Shown: one piece after another, positions 23,791 to 36,959 of the stretch
How the letters are laid out: the number at the start of each line of letters is the position of its first letter
How positions within the stretch are numbered: the first letter of the stretch is position 1
DNA from: Eledone cirrhosa
Taxonomy: Eukaryota
Reading direction: 5' to 3'
Length of the DNA stretch: 64,000 nucleotides
Assembly (NCBI GenBank): GCA_964016885.1
Contig: OZ024744.1
Coordinates: 113,522,001-113,586,000, forward strand
Notes under the pieces: generated by a model
What the model saw: only the letters and a program-made list of their open reading frames with translations
The model's database searches: none
Told to the model about the DNA's origin: nothing
Translations under genes and position numbers: made by a program

Positions 23791-23908
23791 CCATGGGGAT
23801 TATTTGAAGGTATTTCCCACGGAATTTGCTCATCATAGTGAACTCCTGCCACAGGCGCCAACCCCTTCCTTCTGTATATTGAGCACACATTGGAGGATGG
23901 TGACTTAC
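23791..23908 (-). CDS. OSBP: OSBP exon (VSHHPP signature)
   Basis: tttag|GTAAGTCACCATCCTCCA...CCCATGG|gtaagt, 118 nt, VSHHPPMCAQYTEGRGWRLWQEFTMMSKFRGKYLQIIPM. Completes the OSBP fingerprint EQVSHHPP. Confidence 0.95.
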
Positions 23909-24089
23909 CTAAATATAAACCAATCATTAGTGATTTCTGAAGATATATTAGTTAAGGACAATACTATAATGACCTCTTGCTAGAGTGTGGCTCTGATGGA
24001 GATATTGAGATATGGGGTGGAGGTGGGACATGGGGTGGAAGTATTGGATAATGTTAGAAAAGAAAATAAGAAATATAAAAAGGAAAATT

Positions 24090-27000
24090 GAGGAAATACA
24101 ATTTGTATTTATTTCACAGGTAAAGCAAAGTTTTTGTTTTTAGGGGGTTTCCGGATCTGGAGGAAGTTTTCATCAGGGAGCCACATGAAGTAGTGTCATG
24201 GGTATTGAGAGTGTTAGGAATAGTTGGTTAGAGTAGTGATAATGTCTGAGATGGTCAGGAATGGTTAGTTAGAGTAGTGATGACAATGTCTGAGAGGGTC
24301 AGGAATGTAGGAATGGTTGGTTAGAGTAGTGATGACAATGTCTGAGAGGGTCAGGAATAGTTAGTTAGAGTAGTGATGACAATGTCTGAGAGGGTCAGGA
24401 ATGTAGGAATGGTTGGTTAGAGTAGTGATGACAATGTCTGAGGGGGTCAGGAATGTAGGAATGGTTGGTTAGAGTAGTGATGACAATGTCTGAGAGGGTC
24501 AGGAATGTAGGAATGGTTAGTTAGAATAGTGATGACAATGTCTGAGAGGGTCCAGAATGTAGGAATGGTTAGTTACAGTAGTGATGACAGTGTCTGAGGG
24601 GGTCAGGAATGTAGGATTGGTTAGTTACAGTAGTGATGACAGTGTCTGAGGGGGTCAGGAATGTAGGAATGGTTAGTTAGAGTAGTGATGACAATGGCTG
24701 AGAGAGTCAGGAATGTAGGAATGGTGGTTAGAGTAGTGATGACAATGTCTGAGGGGGTCAGGAATAATTAGTTAGTGTAGTGATGACAGTGTCTGAGGGG
24801 GTCAGGAATGTAGGAATGGTTAGTTACAGTAGTGATGACAATGTCTGAGAGGGTCAGGATTGTAGGAATGGTTAGTTAGAGTAGTGATGACAGTGTCTGA
24901 GAGGGTCAGGAATGTAGGAATGGTTAGTTAGTGTAGTGATGACAATGTCTGAGAGGGTCAGGAATGTAGGAATGGTTAGTTAGTGTAGTGATGACAATGT
25001 CTGGGAGGGTCAGGAATGTAGGAAAGGTTAGTTAGTGTAGTGATGACAATGTCTGAGAGGGTCAGGAATGTAGGAATGGTTAGTTAGTGTAGTGATGTCA
25101 GTGTCTGAGAGGGTCAGGTATGTAGGAATGGTTAGTTAGTGTAGTGATGACAATGTCTGAGAGGGTCAGGAATGTAGGAATGGTTAGTTAGAGTAGTGAT
25201 GTCAGTGTCTGAGAGGGTCAGGTATGTAGGAATGGTTAGTTAGTGTAGTGATGACAATGTCTGAGAGGGTCAGGAATGTAGGAATGGTTAGTTAGTGTAG
25301 TGATGACAATGTCTGAGGGGGTCAGGAATGTAGGAATGGTTAGTTAGAGTAGTGATGACAGTGTCTGAGGGGGTCAGGAATGTAGCAAAGGTTAGTTAGA
25401 GTAGTGATGACAGTGTCTGAGAGGGTCAGGTAAGTAGGAATGGTTAGTTACAGTAGTGATGACAATGTCTGAGAGGGTCAGGTATGTAGGAATGGTTAGT
25501 TAGAGTAGTGATGACAATGTCTGAGAGGGTCAGGAATGTAGGAATGGTTAGTTAGTGTAGTGATGACAATGTCTGAGAGGGTCAGGAATGTAGGAATGGT
25601 TAGTTAGAGTAGTGATGTCAGTGTCTGAGAGGGTCAGGAATGTAGGAATGGTTAGTTAGAGTAGTGATGACAGTGTCTGAGGGGGTCAGGAATGTAGGAA
25701 TGGTTAGTTAGAGTAGTGATGACAGTGTCTGAGAGGGTCAGGAATGTAGGAATGGTTAGTTAGAGTAGTGATGACAGTGTCTGAGGGGGTCAGGAATGTA
25801 GGAAAGGTTAGTTAGAGTAGTGATGACAGTGTCTGAGGGGGTCAGGAATGTAGGAAAGGTTAGTTAGAGTAGTGATGACAGTGTCTGAGGGGGTCAGGAA
25901 TGTAGGAATGGTTAGTTAGAGTAGTGATGACAGTGTCTGAGAGGGTCAGGAATGTAGGAATGGTTAGTTAGAGTAGTGATGACAGTGTCTGAGAGGGTCA
26001 GGAATGTAGGAATGGTTAGAGTAGTGATGACAGTGTCTGAGAGGGTCAGGAATGTAGGAATGGTTAGTTAGAGTAGTGATGACAGTGTCTGAGAGGGTCA
26101 GGAATGTAGGAATGGTTAGTTAGAGTAGTGATGACAGTGTCTGAGAGGGTCAGGAATGTAGGAATGGTTGGTTAGAGTAGTGATGACAGTGTCTGAGGGG
26201 GTCAGGAATGTAGGAATGGTTGGTTAGAGTAGTGATGTCAGTGTCTGAGAGGGTCAGGAATGTAGGAATGGTTAGTTAGAGTAGTGATGTCAGTGTCTGA
26301 GAGGGTCAGGAATGTAGGAATGGTTAGTTAGTGTAGTGATGACAATGTCTGAGAGAGTCAGGAATGTAGGAATGGTTAGTAAGAGTAGTGATGTCAGTGT
26401 CTGAGAGGGTCAGGAATGTAGGAATGGTTAGTTAGTGTAGTGATGACAATGTCTGAGAGAGTCAGGAATGTAGGAATGGTTAGTAAGAGTAGTGATGACA
26501 ATGTCTGAGAGGGTCCGGAATGTAGGAATGGTTAGTTAGTGTAGTGATGACAATGTCTGGGAGGGTCAGGAATGTAGGAAAGGTTAGTTAGTGTAGTGAT
26601 GACAATGTCTGAGGGGGTCAGGAATGTAGGAATGGTTAGTAAGTGTAGTGATGACAATGTCTGAGGGGGTCAGGAATGTAGGAATGGTTAGTTAGTGTAG
26701 TGATGACAATGTCTGAGAGGGTCAGGTATGTAGGAATGGTTAGTTAGTGTAGTGATGACAATGTCTGAGGGGGTCAGGAATGTAGGAATGGTTAGTTAGT
26801 GTAGTGATGACAATGTCTGAGAGGGTCAGGCATGTAGGAACGGTTAGTTAGAGTAGTGATGACAATGTCTGAGAGGGTCAGGATTGTAGGAATGGTTAGT
26901 TAGTGTAGTGATGACAATGTCTTAGAGGGTCAGGATTGTAGGAATGGTTAGTTAGTATAGTGATGACAATGTCTGAGAGAGTTAGGAATGTAGAAATGGT

Positions 27001-30000
27001 TAGTTAGAGCAGTAATGACAATGTCTGAGGGGGTCAGGAATGTAGGAATGGTTAGTTAGTGTAGTGATGGCGATGTCAGAGAGTCAGGAATGTAGGAATG
27101 GTTCGTTAGTGTAGTGATGACAATGTCTGAGAGGGTCAGGAATGTAGGAATGGTTAGTTAGTGTAGTGATGACAATGTCTGAGAGGGTCAGGATTGTAGG
27201 AATGGTTAGTTACAGTAGTGATGGCAAAGGCTGAGAGGGTCAGGAATGTAGGAATGGTTAGTTAGTGTAGTGATGACAGTGTCTGAGAGGGTCAGGAATG
27301 TAGGAATGGTTAGTTAGTGTAGTAATGACAATGTCTGAGAGTCAGGAATGTAGAAATGGTTAGTTAGAGCAGTGATGACAATGTCTGAGAGGGTCAGGAA
27401 TGGTTAGTTAATGTAGTGATGGCAATGTCAGAGAGTCAGGAATGTAGGAATGGTTAGTTAGTGTAGTGATGACAATGTCTGAGAGGGTCAGGAATGTAGG
27501 AAAGGTTAGTTAGTGTAGTGATGACAGTGTCTGAGAGGGTCAGGAATGTAGGAATGGTTAGTTAGAGTAGTGATGACAGTGTCTGAGAGGGTCAGGAATG
27601 TAGGAATGGTTAGTTAGTGTAGTGATGACAATGTCTGAGAGGGTCAGGATTGTAGGAATGGTTAGTTACAGTAGTGATGGCAAAGGCTGAGAGGGTCAGG
27701 AATGTAGGAATGGTTAGTTAGTGTAGTGATGACAGTGTCTGAGAGGGTCAGGAATGTAGGAATGGTTGGTTAGAGTAGTGATGACAGTGTCTGAGAGGGT
27801 CAGGAATGTAGGAATGGTTAGTTAGAGTAGTGATGTCAGTGTCTGAGAGGGTCAGGAATGTAGGAATGGTTAGTTAGTGTAGTGATGACAATGTCTGAGA
27901 GAGTCAGGAATGTAGGAATGGTTAGTAAGAGTAGTGATGTCAGTGTCTGAGAGGGTCAGGAATGTAGGAATGGTTAGTTAGTGTAGTGATGACAATGTCT
28001 GAGAGAGTCAGGAATGTAGGAATGGTTAGTAAGAGTAGTGATGACAATGTCTGAGAGGGTCCGGAATGTAGGAATGGTTAGTTAGTGTAGTGATGACAAT
28101 GTCTGGGAGGGTCAGGAATGTAGGAAAGGTTAGTTAGTGTAGTGATGACAATGTCTGAGAGGGTCAGGTATGTAGGAATGGTTAGTTAGTGTAGTGATGA
28201 CAATGTCTGAGGGGGTCAGGAATGTAGGAATGGTTAGTAAGTGTAGTGATGTCAGTGTCTGAGAGGGTCAGGAATGTAGGAATGGTTAGTTAGTGTAGTG
28301 ATGACAATGTCTGAGAGGGTCAGGAATGTAGAAATGGTTAGTTAGTGTAGTGATGCCAATGTCTGAGAGGGTCAGGAATGTAGGAATGGTTAGTAAGTGT
28401 AGTGATGTCAGTGTCTGAGAGGGTCAGAAATGTAGGAATGGTTAGTTAGTGTAGTGATGACAATGTCTGAGAGGGTCAGGAATGTAGGAATGGTTAGTTA
28501 GTGTAGTGATGCCAATGTCTGAGAGGGTCAGGAATGTAGGAATGGTCAGTTAGTGTAGTGATGACAATGTCTGAGGGGGTCAGGAATGTAGGAATGGTTA
28601 GTTAGTGTAGTGATGACAATGTCTGAGAGGGTCAGGAATGTAGGAATGGTTAGTTAGTGTAGTGATGACAATGTCTGAGGGGGTCAGGAATGTAGGAATG
28701 GTTAGTTAGTGTAGTGATGACAATGTCTGAGAGCGTCAGGAATGTAGGAATGGTTAGTTAGTGTAGTGATGACAATGTCTGAGAGGGTCAGGAATGTAGG
28801 AATGGTTAGTTAGTGTAGTGATGACAATGTCTGAGAGGGTCAGGAATGTAGGAACGGTTAGTTAGAGTAGTGATGACAATGTCTGAGAGGGTCAGGATTG
28901 TAGGAATGGTTAGTTAGTGTAGTGATGACAATGTCTTAGAGGTTCAGGATTGTAGGAATGGTTAGTTAGTATAGTGATGACAATGTCTGAGAGAGTTAGG
29001 AATGTAGAAATGGTTAGTTAGAGCAGTGATAACAATGTCTGAGGGGGTCAGGAATGTAGGAATGGTTAGTTAGTGTAGTGATGACAATGTCTGAGGGGGT
29101 CAGGAATGTAGGAATGGTTAGTTAGTGTAGTAATGACAATGTCTGAGAGTCAGGAATGTAGAAATGGTTAGTTAGAGCAGTGATGACAATGTCTGAGAGG
29201 GTCAGGAATGTAGGAATTGTTAGTTAATGTAGTGATGGTGATGTGAGAGAGTCAGGAATGGTTAGTTAGAGCAGTGATGACAATGTCTTGAGGGTCAGGA
29301 ATGGTTAGTTAATGTAGTGATGGCAATGTCAGAGAGTCAGGAATGTAGGAATGGTTAGTTAGTGTAGTGATGACAATGTCTGAGAGGGTCAGGAATGTAG
29401 GAAAGGTTAGTTAGTGTAGTGATGACAGTGTCTGAGAGGGTCAGGAATGTAGGAATGGTTAGTTAGAGTAGTGATGACAGTGTCTGAGAGGGTCAGGAAT
29501 GTAGGAATGGTTAGTTAGTGTAGTGATGACAATGTCTGAGAGGGTCAGAATTGTAGGAATGGTTAGTTACAGTAGTGATGGCAAAGGCTGAGAGGGTCAG
29601 GAATGTAGGAATGGTTAGTTAGTGTAGTGATGACAGTGTCTGAGAGGGTCAGGAATGTAGGAATGGTTGGTTAGAGTAGTGATGACAGTGTCTGAGGGGG
29701 TCAGGAATGTAGGAAAGGTTAGTTAGTGTAATGATGACAGTGTCTGAGAGGGTCAGGAATGTAGGAATGGTTAGTTAGAGTAGTGATGACAGTGTCTGAG
29801 AGGGTCAGGAATGTAGGAATGGTTAGTTAGTGTAGTGATGACAATGTCTGAGAGGGTCAGGATTGTAGGAATGGTTAGTTACAGTAGTGATGGCAAAGGC
29901 TGAGAGGGTCAGGAATGTAGGAATGGTTAGTTAGTGTAGTGATGACAGTGTCTGAGAGGGTCAGGAATGTAGGAATGGTTGGTTAGAGTAGTGATGACAG

Positions 30001-31800
30001 TGTCTGAGAGGGTCAGGTATGTAGGAATGGTTAGTTAGTGTAGTGATGACAATGTCTGAGAGGGTCAGGAATGTAGGAATGGTTAGTTAGTGTAGTGATG
30101 ACAATGTCTGAGAGGGTCAGGAATGTAGGAATGGTTAGTTAGTGTAGTGATGACAATGTCTGAGAGGGTCAGGATTGTAGGAATGGTTAGTTACAGTAGT
30201 GATGGCAAAGGCTGAGAGGGTCAGGAATGTAGGAATGGTTAGTTAGTGTAGTGATGACAATGTCTGAGAGGGTCAGGATTGTAGGAATGGTTAGTTACAG
30301 TAGTGATGACAATGTCTGAGAGGGTCAGGAATGTAGGAATGGTTAGTTAGAGAAGTGATGACAATGTCTGAGAGGGTCAGGAATGTAGGAATGGTTAGTT
30401 AGTGTAGTGATGACAATGTCTGAGAGGGTCAGGAATGTAGGAATGGTTAGTTAGTGTAGTGATGACAATGTCTGAGAGGGTCAGGAATGTAGGAATGGTT
30501 AGTTAGAGAAGTGATGACAATGTCTGAGAGGGTCAGGAATGTAGGAATGGTTAGTTAGTGTAGTGATGACAATGTCTGAGAGGGTCAGGAATGTAGGAAT
30601 GGTTAGTTAGAGTAGTGATGACAATGTCTGAGAGGGTCAGGAATGTAGGAATGGTTAGTTAGAGAAGTGATGACAATGTCTGAGAGGGTCAGGAATGTAG
30701 GAATGGTTAGTTAGAGAAGTGATGACAATGTCTGAGAGGGTCAGGAATGTAGGAATGGTTAGTTAGTGTAGTGATGACAATGTCTGAGAGGGTCAGGAAT
30801 GTAGGAATGGTTAGTTAGTGTAGTGATGACAATGTCTGAGAGGGTCAGGAATGTAGGAATGGTTAGTTAGAGAAGTGATGACAATGTCTGAGAGGGTCAG
30901 GAATGTAGGAATGGTTGGTTAGTGTAGTGATGAAAATTGCTGAGAGGGTCAGGAATGTAGGAATGGTTGGTTAGTGTAGTGATGACAATGTCTGAGAGGG
31001 TCAGGAATGTAGGAATGGTTAGTTAGTGTAGTGATGACAGTGTCTGAGAGGGTCAGGAATGTAGGAATGGTTAGTTAGTGTAGTGATGACAATGTCTGAG
31101 GGGGTCAGGAATGTAGGAATGGTTAGTTAGTGTAGTGATGACAATGTCTGAGGGGGTCAGGAATGTAGGAATGGTTAGAGTAATGATGACAATGTCTGAG
31201 GGGGTCAGGAATGTAGGAATGGTTAGTTACAGTAGTGATGACAATGTCTGAGGGGGTCAGGAATGTAGGAATGGTTAGTTACAGTAGTGATGACAATATA
31301 TAAGAAAGTGTGTACAGTTGCAAGGATGAAGGACAAGAGCAGCAGCAAGTTTAATTGATCGATGGAGTGCATTAGGGATCAGTATTAATCTGAAGTGTAA
31401 GAAAGGTTCTACGATGGAAGGAGTTGTATACAGATGACTTTGTGTTAATAACAGAGTGTGGAGGGACTGGCGGAGAAGATACGTAGAAGGAATGATATGG
31501 AGGTAAAAGCAATGAAGGTGAATATTGGAAAGATAAAGGTGATGGTAAGTGGTAATATATTTCATGAAATGTAAAGAAAGACCAGGAAAGAGACTATGTG
31601 GAGTGTGCTGGAAGGGTTCAGGGGAAACACCGTTAAATGTATATGGAATGAGTGAAGACATTAAAATATGTTGTGGTGTGAAGAGATTATTAAATAATGT
31701 GAGAGTTACATTTAAGGTTAAAGTGTGTATAGGGGGAGCTACCGATGAAAAGGATGTTAGAGCTGGATGTTGAGCGAAAGTTGATAGGCTGAAATCACAC
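24090..31800 (+). mobile_element. Degenerate RTE RT fragment split by a 7-kb satellite
   Basis: Left flank DLEEVF..PHEVVSWVLRVLG. Right flank MTIYKKV..GVH*GSVL..ELYTDDFVL..MKVNIGK..CGVCWKG. Confidence 0.75.
24215..31296 (+). repeat. 52-bp satellite, ~135 copies
   Basis: Unit ggaatgtaggaatggttagttagagtagtgatgacaatgtctgagagggtca. Confidence 0.97.
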
Positions 31801-32011
31801 AGAGGCTTAAAGTATATATGTATGTATTTGTTTATGTTTGTGCCTGTGTTTATGTCCCATAACTTAGTGGTTTGGCAAAACGAAATTGTATAAAATACGT
31901 ATCAAACTTGGAAAAATAAATACTGGGACCCTAGCATCGCGACAGGCTAATGACTGAAAAGAGTAAAAGAATGACATATGATATTGTATATGTATATATA
32001 AATATATAAAC

Positions 32012-32257
32012 CTGTTCAGCAAGTGCTCTCCATCCATAGTCATCAGTGCGATCACACTCATAAGTCTCTCCAAGCAATGGGTTGAAAGGCTTACTGGTAC
32101 GGTTGGTAGTAGTGGAATAAGAAGAGATGGTAAAAGCGGCGACATATGCCATCTGTTCAGCAGATAATTCACAGCGTGCTGCCTGGTCAAGGCACTCGGA
32201 ATATTCAAAGTCTTCAGTAAGTCGTTGTAACATTGAAAGCGGCTCATTAAAATTCAC
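32012..32257 (-). CDS. OSBP: OSBP exon (VNFNEPLSMLQRLTED...KPFNPLLGETYE...EQ)
   Basis: aaag|GTGAAT...GAACAG|gtttat, 246 nt, conserved KPFNPLLGET motif. Confidence 0.97.
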
Positions 32258-32720
32258 CTTTAAAAGAGAAATGAATTATATTTAACCCTTTCATCCACAC
32301 ATTTCTAATGAAATACACTACATTTCAATTAATTAATGAAGAATTATGGGAGATTTACTAAAATTATCAATTATTTCATTACTAAGATAGTAACTATAAC
32401 ATATGATTTTTCTAAAATATTATGTCAGAGAAGGAACCCACCCCAAACAAATGTTTCAGTCCTTATAGCAGAAGGTCTTCAGAGAAGAAGCCCTGCTCAA
32501 GCAAGTGTTTTGGCCCTTAGAAGTTAAGGGTCAAAACACTGGCTTGAAAAGGGTGGTGGAGTGGGTTATTCTCTGCAGTCCTGTTTGTTGTCCAGCTCTC
32601 CTTAAAGTTTCTTACCACTGTATTATTAAAATGACCCCCCCCCCCCCCACAAAAAGAAAACAGAATTTGTTTAAAAACTCCCCAAAGGACACAGAAAAAG
32701 GCATAGAGAAAACAACTTAC

Positions 32721-32918
32721 AGGCATTGGTATTTTAGAAAGCTCTTTGCCAATACAATTCTTCATAATGCTCCATAAGTTGAGGCTATAGTTTGGTCGTT
32801 CCAATATAGCTTTCCGACGAACTTTTGGCCGCTGTCCTATACTACTTTCACTAATAGAGCTTTGCCTGTTTTTGTCTTGGCTGGCATTTCTTCTGTGGGA
32901 ACATTTAGTACCATCTTT
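32721..32918 (-). CDS. OSBP: OSBP exon (start of ORD: RPNYSLNLWSIMKNCIGKELSKIPMP)
   Basis: ttacag|AAAGAT...ATGCCT|gtaagt, 198 nt, open frame, hallmark OSBP ORD N-terminus. Confidence 0.95.
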
Positions 32919-33049
32919 CTGTAAGAAAAAATGGTATGTGTTAGAAATATAATTACCACAATTTACATTATCACCACCATTATCATCACAACCATCACCA
33001 CGACTATTATTCTAACAACCATCACCATCATCACTAACACCACCATTCT

Positions 33050-34420
33050 CTCCTGCACACTACATCTGATTCTTCTTACACCCAGTTTCTCTCACATTTA
33101 ATCAATGCTTTGACATTGAAGTATATTATCATTACACATCCATCGAAGCTTGCTTGCCTAATTTCTCTCCAGCCATCACTGTCCATGTCTTACTACCATA
33201 CAGCATCGTACTTCACACACAGACATCATATAGTTGACCTTTTGTTCCTAGAGAGAAACCTTTTGTTGTCAGAGGGTGCAGCTCTCTAAACTTCTTCCAT
33301 CCTACCCTTATTCTAGCTATTATGCTCTCAGAGAAAGCTCCACCACAGCTAATTATATTACCTAGACAGCAGAAGCTATGAACCACTTCTATGGATCCTT
33401 CATGTGATTGGAAAAGACTTGATATAGCTGGTTATCTTCCCCTTGGTTACCCCCCCACCCCCGTGATTCTACAGTCCTCCCTTCCTATAAACTTACTTGT
33501 TATCCCACTACATCTTTTGTGTACCCAAAATATACATTGTGTAAATTGTATAGAGTTTACGCCTACTCTCTTTCTACATACTAAGCAGAGCAAGTCCTAT
33601 CTAGTCCCCTAATCATTAGCACTTTATTTTTAGCTAAGTTTACTCTCAGACCTTTTGATTCTAAATTCTGTTTCATAGTTGGAACTTATTCTCTAATTCT
33701 TTTATAGATTCGGCTATAAGAAAGATCTAGAGAAGTTCCCATGGTCAGCAAGGCTATAACAGAGGAGTTTAAACTCCTCTGTTATAGCCTGGAGGACTAT
33801 AATGAATAGTAGTGGGCTAAGAATTGAACCTTGATGAACTCCTACCTGTACCTGGAACTCCTCACTAAACTCACTTCCTACTCTCACTTTATATACAAAT
33901 CATCTGTACATGACTTACACTGCCCTCATAAGCCATTCTTCTATACCTAGTTTCCTTAAGGACCACCAGATAATAGTTTGGGGTACTCTGTCAAAGGCCT
34001 TCTTTAGATCAACAAAGACTAAATATAGTGGTTTATTCTTATTATAGCTAAGAACTAAGAACTTCATTGGATATGACTGTGATATATACGGGTTACTGTT
34101 TTGACTCCTACCTCTCCCAACGCTTTCAGCATCTCAGCAACTATTTCTGATGGTCCTGCAGCTTTACCACTCCTTAATTACTTCTTTCACTGTATGACTG
34201 TCTATTTCGATAGCTGGTCTCTCTGTTGGGTAGTTGGGGTAGTCTCTCCTTCCTTTGATTCATTCTCCAAATTCATAGTAACATTTACAGGCCTCTTTAT
34301 TTTGAATATTAGTGGTGCTAAGTACACCAGTGTCATTTCTAACACAGCTTTCTTCAAAAACATCACAATTCCCACTGACACATTGCCTGGCAATGCGAAA
34401 CTCCCTCTTGTCATTGAGCC
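33050..34420 (-). mobile_element. Degenerate RTE LINE
   Basis: The minus strand reads GKAAGPSEIVAEMLK, FVDLKKAFDRVP, GVHQGSILSP and GWKKFREL. Confidence 0.85.
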
Positions 34421-34432
34421 TCATATATATAG

Positions 34433-35498
34433 TGTATGTGAGTCACTGAATTACTGGCGGTGGTACCAAAACAAGCTCTCCACACACAGGCAGAGTGTAT
34501 ATATTAATAAGGACAATGAAGTTTGTTTATTTGAGTAGTGACCTACATTCTGATGGCTCATGGATACATTCTCCGTACGTTGTTCGGCTTAGTTCAGCCA
34601 ATCGCTACCAGCGTAGGAAAATGTATCTCGACTTCCGCCCAGAGGGAAAAATTCTCGCTTCTATTCGATAATCTCTCTCTTGCAGCTCGACACTGTGAAG
34701 GTAAACACCCCTTGCTTTCGTTCCTCAAGCATAGACAATATGTAGCAACAAATATCACTAAGGGTTTGGCTAACGCCTCAGCCAGTTGACCGTACCTCCT
34801 TAAACTCTTAATTTGTCTATTCACTTCTCTTGGTATGCCAGCTAAACCTTTGTAATCTGTTTGTAAATAAATTATATATTATAAACATTATAAAGTCGTA
34901 TGATGCTATTTACCACAACATTGCTTTTAACATCTTCAATGGTGACTTCTGTGATACAATACACAAATACACACATTCTCAACACATCCATATATCATCT
35001 ATTAACATCCTCCAATTTAGATATTATTTCTAAATTGGTGACCCCGTCGCGAGAACATTTTCGAACTAAATGTTCCTCTAAAAAAAATAAGAAGTAGTAT
35101 TTTTTTAAAAAGAACACGCAAGCTTTCTTGTATTGCATTGTATCAACACCATGTAAAACATTTTTTGTTGATAACAGCACAACATGTGGTTTAACTTCAA
35201 TGAAGCCGCCTAAGACAACATTCTTTGAAAAGAAAAAAATTATAGCACAAAAACATTTCTCTTTCAATACGGCTTCCCGCAATATCAACAACAGCAGCAG
35301 CAGCAGCAGCGACAACATTGGTTAACCACTAACCATAAACAACGGAATAACTATGCGGCAGCTTTAGAGCCTTACTGATGCAACCACCACACATTCTGTC
35401 TCACTACAGAGAATTAAAACAACAATGGCCTACACACATTCTCAACACATACATATATATCACATATCTAACTATCCTCTATCACCTATTTCTAAACA
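34433..35498 (+). mobile_element. Possible LTR-retrotransposon relic (LTR, PBS-like site, partial second LTR)
   Basis: 34968-35035 is imperfectly repeated at 35431-35498 (ending aaca). The first copy is followed by TTGGTGACCCCG, a PBS-like motif. No pol ORF. Confidence 0.4.
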
Positions 35499-35702
35499 TG
35501 TAATTAGATTTTAAATGTGTATTGACCTGTTATGCATGTTTCATAGAAGATTGGCAAAGAGTCACTCATAGGAGTTATGGAACCGATTCCCTTATTGATC
35601 TGCTCTTCATAGCGTCTATGGATGGCCCTGAGCCAATCCACGCATACACAATAATTAACTAAATGCATGTAAAAGAAACTTCATTGTTTTTTTTAATATA
35701 TA

Positions 35703-36335
35703 TGGTGGTGTTGGAATTATGTTAGCAGAAAAATGGGTAGACAAGGTAATTGCCGTAGATAGAGTGAATGACAGGATCATTAAAATAAGACTAGTTCTAA
35801 ATAGGACAACTGTATCTATTATTTCTGCTTATGCACCCCAATCAGGATTACCAGACATTACTAAAGACAGGTTCTATGAATCCCTAAAGCTCACTACTTC
35901 CCAGATACCCAACAGTAACTATATAATTATTGCTGGCAACCTTAATGGTCATGTTGGACAACATTGTGATGGTTATGATGGTGTCCATGGAGGCTATGGG
36001 TTTGGTACTAGAAATGAGGAAGGCTGCAGGATCCTGGAATTCTGTGATGCAAATGATCTGACTGTCCGAAACACAAACTTAAAAAAACGTGACAGTCATT
36101 TGATCATGTATAGATCAGGGGGGCACACCAGCCAGATAGATTTTATTCTTACTAGGAAACAAGACAGTGTGTCTGTTATGAACACTAAGTCCCTCCCTCG
36201 TGAAGAATGCGCCTCCCAACATAATTTAATAGTTAGTGACCTCATAGTCAGGGTCAGACGTAATTGCTGGCAGAGGAATACCTTAAGGAGAAGATTATGG
36301 AAGTTGAAGAACCCCACAGCCAGTAACAAATTAAA
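35703..36335 (+). mobile_element. RTE LINE endonuclease fragment
   Basis: GGVGIML, IISAYAPQ, AGNLNGHVG, SQIDFIL and QHNLIVSD. Confidence 0.9.
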
Positions 36336-36470
36336 AGCATATTACGAAAATTCCGTTAATCAGCATGTGCTAAACACTGATTTTCTATATGTTAAAAGTG
36401 TGCGATTGTTATGAGGACTTCGTATAAGATAAGTGTCTATATTTATGTCTCCAAACTTTTTCGGTTGTAT

Positions 36471-36810
36471 CATTTTTTCATTTCATTTCATTTTACGTCC
36501 GCTTTTCCCTGCTTGCAAGGGTCGGACAGGAACTGATTCTGGCTTGATTTCTACAGCTGGATGCCCTTCCTAACACCAACCTCATTTACAGTGAGTGGTG
36601 GGTGCCTTTTTACCGTGGCACCTCCACGTCCACTTTACAGTGGAATGATAGGGACCCCAGTCCTTATCTCATTTCTAGAGCTGAGTAAACTGGAGCAATG
36701 TGAAATAAAGTGTCTTGTTCAAGGAAACAACACATCACCCGGTCTGAGAATTGAACTCACAACCTTTCGATTGCAAGGCCAATGCTCTAACCACTAAGCC
36801 ATGTGCCTCC
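36471..36810 (-). mobile_element. tRNA-derived SINE family A
   Basis: Homologous to 10017-10363. Confidence 0.92.
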
Positions 36811-36907
<97 letters not shown>

Positions 36908-36959
36908 AGATTTGTATGTGATATAAACTGTGTTGAATGTGTTTGCATATAAATTTGTA

